64,000 nt of DNA from a virus (taxonomy: Duplodnaviria > Caudoviricetes), in IMG/VR virus record IMGVR_UViG_3300021540_000004, positions 32,001 to 96,000 of that record. One strand, given 5' to 3'. The notes under the pieces were generated by a model. It worked only from the letters and a program-made list of their open reading frames with translations, did no database searches and had not been told where the DNA came from. The translations under genes were made by a program, and so were the position numbers. This document shows, one piece after another, positions 58,301 through 64,000 of this stretch; the stretch's first letter is position 1, and each line of letters starts with the position of its first letter.

Positions 58301-60179
58301 ATTTTTCAGGGTCTATTATTATACCATCATAAAGGTTGATAGGTTCATTTTCTAGTTTTTCACCCATAATGTTTAAGTGTTTGATTATTGCATTGGTTCC
58401 TAAATCAAAGCTTGTTCCTGTTTCATCTGATTCCACATATGTTTTACGGCCAGTTAATTCCAGTGAGGTTACATTACCTGTTAGTGTGTAGTTGGTATGT
58501 GCATAAATGACTGGTTTTTTATTATTTACTTTTAATGATACTGGTATTTTACATTCTGTTAATGGTATGGTAACGATTTCTTTTTCATTTTTAGTATTAT
58601 TGTTGATGAATTTTTCGTCTTCAGCGAATAAATTACAACATTTATAATTTAACCCAACATTAACCAAATCTAATTCATGGTCGTGGTATATGCGGAATAT
58701 ATCGCAGGAGGATGTGCTTTTTATTATGGAGTCTCCACATGATAAAATACCGGTGTCTGTGGTGATGTCTATTATATCGTTGATTATGTGTGTTCCTGCT
58801 TGTAATACTATTACGTTATTGCTGGTTTCCACAAGACTAACAGCATATTCCAATGTTTTAAGTGGGTTTTCTCTTGAACCGTCATTAGAATCATCTCCAG
58901 TATTATAGTTAACATAGTAGTCAGCGTTTCCACAGCCTTTTATGGTTACTGGTATTTCTTCTGATTCTATATATTCCACATCTTCGTTGAAGTCAGTTAG
59001 TGTTTTATATGCTTTGAATTGGAATTTTAAATCGTATACTTCTTCACCGAAACTTTTAGTGGATATTATCCAGTAATAATCTGTTATTAAGGAGGTAGGG
59101 TCACCACCAGTATCTGGTGTATAAAAATACTCCTCTCCGTTTAAGTATACTTTAATGTATTTATAATCGTAATTGGTTTCTACAAGGCTTGTGAAGAATT
59201 TGAATGTGAATTTGATTTTACGGCCGTATATTGGTGATGCATCATTTACATTAGCAAAAAAGTATACAGGTTCTTCTCGTGGACAACCCATAGCATCTTT
59301 ATGCTCCCATTTTTCAGGAACCCAACTATCATCATATACCCCACCTTCAGGTGTGTGTTTAGCTTTACTAAACATCTTACAAAGCAAATCTTCCCTATTA
59401 GTCATGGAAGCATCAATATCATCACCAAACAACTTCCATAACTCCAACAAAGGTAGTGGGGTGTCATGTACATGTTCCGCATAGTATAATATACGATTCA
59501 TGTAGTTATAATCATCCTCTGTCAAACGATTATTATAATGAGGTTCGGTTAAACTATAATCTGTATCCTCACCATAAGTATAAGTTTTACGAGGTATTTC
59601 TAATAAATCACCGAAATGGTCTAATGATTCATCATGGTCGAAAATATCGCCTTGTGCTTCATCGTTTTCCGGAAAACCTTTCTCTATTGTATATTCATCA
59701 TAAGTTTCTATTTTTATATGGTACTGGTCTTCAGGTATTATCAGTCTTTCTTCAGGTATGCTGGCAATATGTTCAGGGTCATCATTAAATGGATCATAAT
59801 ATGGGTTGAATCCGCTTCCATCATCATTATACACTTCTGGTGTGGAGTCATTGTAATCGTATTGGAAGAGGTATTGTTCTTCTTCCTGTGTGTATTCCTG
59901 TGTGTATATTTCGGTGTTGTTTTTGTAGCAGGTTATTTTTTTGAGTTTTGGTATGCTTACTGCGAAGTGTATGGTGTAATTGTATTTTTCTTCTTGTGTT
60001 TTCCAGATTAGTGCGTGTTTTCTTACTTTGCTGTCAAGGTATACTTGGAATAGGTCATCGTATAGTTCTATCATACGATTATTCCATATTCTTCGTGTTT
60101 TTGTGAAATTACTGGATTCTCTTTTATCGAAGAAGTGTGGGTATTCTTTTAATAATGATTTTAAACTATTATATGCCAT
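55380..60179 (-). CDS. Baseplate-wedge-like N-terminus fused to an adhesin (pectin-lyase-like lead-in plus many Ig-like repeats)
   Basis: Follows gpJ; SLDHFGDLLEIPR; YYVNYNTGDDSNDGSRENPLKT; repeated L.Y.G...Y..S Ig-like units. Confidence 0.7.
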   Translation of the reverse strand: MAYNSLKSLLKEYPHFFDKRESSNFTKTRRIWNNRMIELYDDLFQVYLDSKVRKHALIWKTQEEKYNYTIHFAVSIPKLKKITCYKNNTEIYTQEYTQEEEQYLFQYDYNDSTPEVYNDDGSGFNPYYDPFNDDPEHIASIPEERLIIPEDQYHIKIETYDEYTIEKGFPENDEAQGDIFDHDESLDHFGDLLEIPRKTYTYGEDTDYSLTEPHYNNRLTEDDYNYMNRILYYAEHVHDTPLPLLELWKLFGDDIDASMTNREDLLCKMFSKAKHTPEGGVYDDSWVPEKWEHKDAMGCPREEPVYFFANVNDASPIYGRKIKFTFKFFTSLVETNYDYKYIKVYLNGEEYFYTPDTGGDPTSLITDYYWIISTKSFGEEVYDLKFQFKAYKTLTDFNEDVEYIESEEIPVTIKGCGNADYYVNYNTGDDSNDGSRENPLKTLEYAVSLVETSNNVIVLQAGTHIINDIIDITTDTGILSCGDSIIKSTSSCDIFRIYHDHELDLVNVGLNYKCCNLFAEDEKFINNNTKNEKEIVTIPLTECKIPVSLKVNNKKPVIYAHTNYTLTGNVTSLELTGRKTYVESDETGTSFDLGTNAIIKHLNIMGEKLENEPINLYDGIIIDPEKLKQSTESDNQGEYSFDLRFNKKGTFTYGINHPETVNYCNSDVVDVSFTVEDMPTTLQAEISTDEILIGDLLPINYTLKDYYDIDVETGSLYLYEDDVLVETVEAYDDFTYIPPLGNHTYKVVFKGDSYVESTVTGLTCNVRKYHTSMVLLTDKTNYSTSETIVAYGTLIDEISRPVKNALIKLYDGDVLLSQSYSREDDGTVTFNINNLTEGRHYLRLTYNGSDIYDECNSNIFNVRIRNDELSDINLYLYPEVKILEADTQNIPCHVYACDKNGDPLKNTGFHIWSTYSGEHTDNYTTGNDGWCDFTINTNAIHNCHGIVLQAISTVDEDVYSNIVFIRDFVDNPLPITDYEVISEKPRYSYKYEEIPVSGYLIDIEDSVVPNEEVTLGLYDGDTLLNEKTATTNIKGEFSTVLKNNGVRLNTLTVKLTYNGNTKYAGVTEDCSIVFYPPATRIETYDSLSLYRDVNTFNVPLSLIDEFENDVIDGDVVLKFNNQEYNATVSDGQCTFNSLTVPEAGTYTIKLNYNGNSYYKNSQYSFTLTVLKLDTSLNNISVPSITFTDPFTITGFLNNLTRETIIKSKPVNLYVDGTLVKTANTNNKGKFSITHTISDSAGPHTLQLKYDGDNVFNACESSTINVDVNRETSVLTLLNPKTSYFLGNNFDLNGTLLTDDGEKINESVKLYVNNKLKQTVTPDSNGDFTFTYLNELGEGEYSIRVVHDQSNNYTSAEYSYNCKVINDTLKLYIYIDSEDETGEVNYGEEFIITVIDSEFQETTRYSNIFSNLIFNIYDSEDNVVNVDYEDNVFLDSRVYTVHYLSSMLLTPGDYKVKVISPITDITDYKEVTLPVTVKDSLKLYAYGTGEGYSEDIYEDDEFIVTVLDDTFNEGKDIYSEVYENLELTVYDSNNNIVELPYETNIYNDCSIYTMLYDATTGLNAGNYKILIVSPATTIHGRKQVTLNITIKEKPEENEEQ

Positions 60180-60248
60180 AACTATAAATTAAATCTTCTT
60201 TTTTATAATTTTTTTTATAATCCTATTATATATTTATTTTTGTTTTTT

Positions 60249-61406
60249 TTATTCCATTACAATCGTAATTTCACGAGAAACACACTGCTCCTCATCAGAT
60301 ACCACAATAGGAGTATCCGGATATTGAAAAGCAATACTTTTTAATTCTTTAATCTCCTGGTCCAAGAAAACCTGCAACTTATGAGGAATGAAATCCTCAC
60401 CAATACTTAAACCACGATAATAACTACCATCAGAACGATAACCACCATTAATAAATAATTTCACAGCAGAAACAATCTTATACTGAATATCCTCCTTAAA
60501 AGTCGCATCATAAGGAGTTAAAGTATCTAAATCAATGTTAACTTTAGCATAAACATCAATATAAACTTTCTCCGGTGCTGTTAAATAAATATCCTCAGTC
60601 ATCTGAGTAACCTCATCCTGCAAAGTATTATAAATACTACGCAGAGTATAAACATCACCCGGATCAACAATAATTTTAACAGTACCTGTACCATCCCAAT
60701 TAGGAACAAGTTTATAACCATCAATACCACCTAAATTAGCAAAGAAAACATCAAAAGCCGCTTTGTTTCCTTTTTGATTTGCTTTAATCCATACCTTCAA
60801 TAATTCCCGGTATTCTTCATCAGTGTATGCATCATAACCACCACTACTTGAATTCTCATTAATGCAAGCTATGTTACCAGTATAATATTCTGATACACTG
60901 GAAACAATAGTGTTTAACTCTGATTCCACTATCTTACCTTTAACACCAGGTGTAGCAGCATATGCATATGCGGTAGCTACTCTTGAACCTTGAGGGAAAT
61001 ATATTTCTTCAGCTGTTACATATTCTATTCCTGATTTACCTGTTAAAACTATACCTGTTGGTAGTGTGATGTCTTCTGATGTGGCGTTGCTTAATGTGAA
61101 TGTTACTTCTACACCGGCGTATGATGCTTGTGGTCTTGGACAATTAATAATATCTCCTAAATCATCCAAATCATTTCCTAAAGCAAGCCCTACTTTATTA
61201 CTATTATATACTTCAGTAATATCATCATAAGTATAATCGAAACGTTGTGCTTCTATACTTAAATTCATTACATGGAAATTACTAATGTCTTTCCTGCTTT
61301 TAACATAATCAATGAATTCTTCTTGATGACTGATTAAACCTGCTTCTTTGGATTCTTCCAGGTCTTTTAGAAAAATCTCTCTGTAATGTTTCTGTGTGTA
61401 ACTCAT
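60249..61406 (-). CDS. Baseplate J-like protein
   Basis: ALGNDLDDLG...RPQA..A...VTF, GG.D..TDEEYRE, GTGTVKI. Confidence 0.88.
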   Translation of the reverse strand: MSYTQKHYREIFLKDLEESKEAGLISHQEEFIDYVKSRKDISNFHVMNLSIEAQRFDYTYDDITEVYNSNKVGLALGNDLDDLGDIINCPRPQASYAGVEVTFTLSNATSEDITLPTGIVLTGKSGIEYVTAEEIYFPQGSRVATAYAYAATPGVKGKIVESELNTIVSSVSEYYTGNIACINENSSSGGYDAYTDEEYRELLKVWIKANQKGNKAAFDVFFANLGGIDGYKLVPNWDGTGTVKIIVDPGDVYTLRSIYNTLQDEVTQMTEDIYLTAPEKVYIDVYAKVNIDLDTLTPYDATFKEDIQYKIVSAVKLFINGGYRSDGSYYRGLSIGEDFIPHKLQVFLDQEIKELKSIAFQYPDTPIVVSDEEQCVSREITIVME

Positions 61407-61455
61407 TTATCTTTTTTTTTACTTCAAACCCTTTTTTTATTATATTATATTTTTT

Positions 61456-61896
61456 TTATAGTGATAATGATGAAACCAAACTATTATCATCAATACTAGT
61501 GATACTGAATGATACATCATACTTATGAAAATCTTGACTACTAACTTTTACCTCAATCCAATTAACCTTTTTAATACGGCGCATACTCTTTAAAGTATCT
61601 TGAATAAACTCCTTAATCTTATACTCCACCATCAAAGACTGATTCTCTTTAATCAACTCATGCACACGACAACCAAAACCTTGATATAATGGATTTTTTC
61701 CTAATTCATTATATCTTGTCATAATAGCTATTACACAAGCATTCTCCAAACTTTTCAAACCATCAACATAGACTATATCTCCATTATTGAAGTCTAAATC
61801 CCATCTTCCATATTCATCACTTTTAAGATGAACATCCTCATTTAAAGTACCATATAATCTATGATTTACATCATTATAATCGTGTGGTAATGTCAT
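61456..61896 (-). CDS. Baseplate wedge / sheath initiator (gp25/gpW-like)
   Basis: D.....GD...VDG...L.......T...EL...Y..FG pattern directly upstream of gpJ. Confidence 0.65.
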   Translation of the reverse strand: MTLPHDYNDVNHRLYGTLNEDVHLKSDEYGRWDLDFNNGDIVYVDGLKSLENACVIAIMTRYNELGKNPLYQGFGCRVHELIKENQSLMVEYKIKEFIQDTLKSMRRIKKVNWIEVKVSSQDFHKYDVSFSITSIDDNSLVSSLSL

Positions 61897-63218
61897 TCTG
61901 TTGCCTCATCAGTACTTTCTTCTATTTCTTCTTCACTATCTTCTTCCTCATCGGAGGTTTCTTCAGTTTCTTCTCCTAAGCTTGGTGGATAATCAGTTAA
62001 GTTTAGGTTTGCTGTCCAATCACCATTATTATCTTCTGATTGTGATGCTTTAGTAATATACATATAATCTTCTAATTCAAATGTTGGTAGTATCACTTTA
62101 GCCCATTCTCCAGGATGCCATTTTTCAGAACCTTGTACTTTACATTCTAATGTGTGCCCGTCATCCCTTTTTATCTTGGCCCATTCTACTCTTGCAAAGG
62201 TTTCGGCTTCTTCTAATGTTTCCACCGGAACTTCCTCTGTTTTAGTAACAGTTTTAGTCTCAGTAGTCTCAGTAGTCTCAGTACTAGTGGTGGTGTCATC
62301 ACTACCAGTATCAGTAGTTGTGGTGTCTGTATCTATATCGGTTGTTGTGTCTGTATCTGTTGATGTTACGGTTTCTTCTTCTGTTACTGTGATTTTTTTA
62401 ACAGCATCTAATTCTAAAGGTTTTTCACCGAAACGTGCTATTAATTTTTCATCACGATAAACAATATCCTCACCACCCTGCCAATGAACAGTTAAAAAAT
62501 TGACAGTGTCAGGATTATAATCATTAATAGTAACACTATCATCTATAATGTTACCTCCTTCCATCAACACATACCGGACATTTTCACGTGGATCTTGAAT
62601 TTTATTAATGTAAATATATTCATTGATACATTTACATTCCACTTCACCATCCCATGCAGCTAGCAATTGTTTGATTGCGTCTTTGATTGTTGAACCTGAA
62701 GAACTTTTATTATCATCACTGGCTTCTCCACCATTAGCTAGACTTTCAGCTATTTCATCAAAACTACATCCTTGTTTTCCACAAACATAGCTGATGTATT
62801 GTTTGTTTTTATCAAAGTATGCTTTTGCGGTTTGTCCTACAGCCTCAATATTAGAACCTGAATAGTTGTCGTCCCATGCTCTTACTAATGGGGTGTTTGC
62901 CAAACCATTACATGTTATCCATTTGTCTGTTGTTGCTGTGTCTGATGCGAAGCAAACCCACATGTATTTATAATGGTAGTAACCATTCTTTAACCCCGTA
63001 ACGAAGTCAACATACATTCCTGCATCACTACCACCTACAATGAATACTCCTATTTTTCCACTTGATGAACTGGATAAGCCTACACTTTGTATGGTGTTTG
63101 GGCCTACACCTGCGTTTTGACATGTGTGTCCTTTGGCTTCTAGTTTTTCAATGACTTTTTGTATTCTTGATTGTTCTTTACCGTCAATATTATCGGATGA
63201 AACTACGTACTCAGACAT
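61893..63218 (-). CDS. Baseplate hub-like protein with T/D/E-rich insert
   Basis: KLIARFGE, W.PGEW.KV, YITK; low-complexity T/D/E tract. Confidence 0.5.
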   Translation of the reverse strand: MSEYVVSSDNIDGKEQSRIQKVIEKLEAKGHTCQNAGVGPNTIQSVGLSSSSSGKIGVFIVGGSDAGMYVDFVTGLKNGYYHYKYMWVCFASDTATTDKWITCNGLANTPLVRAWDDNYSGSNIEAVGQTAKAYFDKNKQYISYVCGKQGCSFDEIAESLANGGEASDDNKSSSGSTIKDAIKQLLAAWDGEVECKCINEYIYINKIQDPRENVRYVLMEGGNIIDDSVTINDYNPDTVNFLTVHWQGGEDIVYRDEKLIARFGEKPLELDAVKKITVTEEETVTSTDTDTTTDIDTDTTTTDTGSDDTTTSTETTETTETKTVTKTEEVPVETLEEAETFARVEWAKIKRDDGHTLECKVQGSEKWHPGEWAKVILPTFELEDYMYITKASQSEDNNGDWTANLNLTDYPPSLGEETEETSDEEEDSEEEIEESTDEATE

Positions 63219-63249
63219 TACAATATAATAATTATTTTTATGTTTTTTT

Positions 63250-63945
63250 TTATTCTTCTTCAGGTTTTAATTCTTTTCTTAAATCATCTATAGCTTGAGC
63301 TATTAACTCATCAACTTCATCACGAGTATACAATTCCTCTTTAGTATAAACATCATCTACAGTAGGTGTCTGTTCAACATTAGCATACTCAACAGCAGTC
63401 TCATCATCCGGAAATACACCCTCTGTGAAACCCACACCATCCATACTTCTTATCTCAACTTTACCACCACCAATATCAATACCATACTCATTAGTAGCAT
63501 TAATATTAGTTATTTTATAATGGCCCTGTTCAGCAGGATGAATATAAACAATATCATTTTTAGGATAATAACCTAAAATTAACTGTTCTTTAGTTCCATC
63601 ATTAACATCCACTACCATTACATTTAATTCTGCACGCGGTAGTATACATGGTTCTTTTAATGTTTCACAAAAAGATAATTCTCCTTCAGGTGTGAAGAAA
63701 TCTATAATATTTCCATCCATACGGCGAAGATAACTGCATAATACTTCTTTACCATCTGATAGTTCTACTAATGCTTTACCTTTGTAATGATAGAATTTTT
63801 TAATTACTCCAGTTCTTGTTTTAGCATCGTTAACTGTTTTTTCTATCATTGATGGAATATTTCTTTTATCGAGTCTTTGATCGATTTTATTATCCAATAA
63901 TCTGTTTAATCTTGCATCAGTGACTGTTATATTACTAGATTTCAT
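63250..63945 (-). CDS. Baseplate spike-like protein
   Basis: OB-like N-terminus, ILGY, beta-rich middle, YTKEELYTRDEVD. Confidence 0.45.
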   Translation of the reverse strand: MKSSNITVTDARLNRLLDNKIDQRLDKRNIPSMIEKTVNDAKTRTGVIKKFYHYKGKALVELSDGKEVLCSYLRRMDGNIIDFFTPEGELSFCETLKEPCILPRAELNVMVVDVNDGTKEQLILGYYPKNDIVYIHPAEQGHYKITNINATNEYGIDIGGGKVEIRSMDGVGFTEGVFPDDETAVEYANVEQTPTVDDVYTKEELYTRDEVDELIAQAIDDLRKELKPEEE

Positions 63946-64000
63946 TTATATTATATTATCCCTATTTTTTTTATCTATTATATGGATTACCACACTTATT

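Noticed and set aside
62250-62390. Tandem GTAGTCTCA-like repeats
   Set aside because: Simply encode a Thr/Asp/Glu-rich linker inside the hub-like gene

Overview
AT-rich segment, almost entirely coded on the - strand, of a large tailed virus or provirus of a pseudomurein-walled methanogen (Methanobacteriales, probably Methanobrevibacter-like). The host is inferred from a PeiW/PeiP-type endoisopeptidase, archaeal TATA boxes and GGTGA ribosome-binding sites. In - strand order: (i) 64-43.5 kb, contractile-tail baseplate (J-like, wedge, hub, spike), a 1599-aa Ig-like adhesin and several mosaic tail fibres; (ii) 43.4-38.4 kb, the most striking feature, a fibre gene whose C-terminal ~150-aa domain is followed by nine alternative paralogous domains (six direct, three inverted), every one starting at the same GTGAAAGA site, i.e. 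a shufflon-like receptor-binding-domain switch; (iii) 38-35.3 kb, a two-enzyme lysis module (Ig-like + glycoside-hydrolase-like, Ig-like + pseudomurein endoisopeptidase); (iv) 35-0 kb, early/accessory genes: six tyrosine recombinases (two duplicated A/B pairs, one frameshifted gene), two HsdM-like methylase genes, ThyA, dCTP deaminase, RNA ligase, ERF, GIY-YIG and HNH endonucleases, an expanded AP2-like family and a decayed IS200/IS605 element with intact tnpB. Five early transcription units share a covarying 5' leader hairpin plus a CCCAAAAGAAA box, and four proteins end in a PIP-like QT[KT]LI tail. No capsid, terminase, tRNA, CRISPR array or reverse transcriptase was seen. All calls are by-eye motif recognition; no searches were run.
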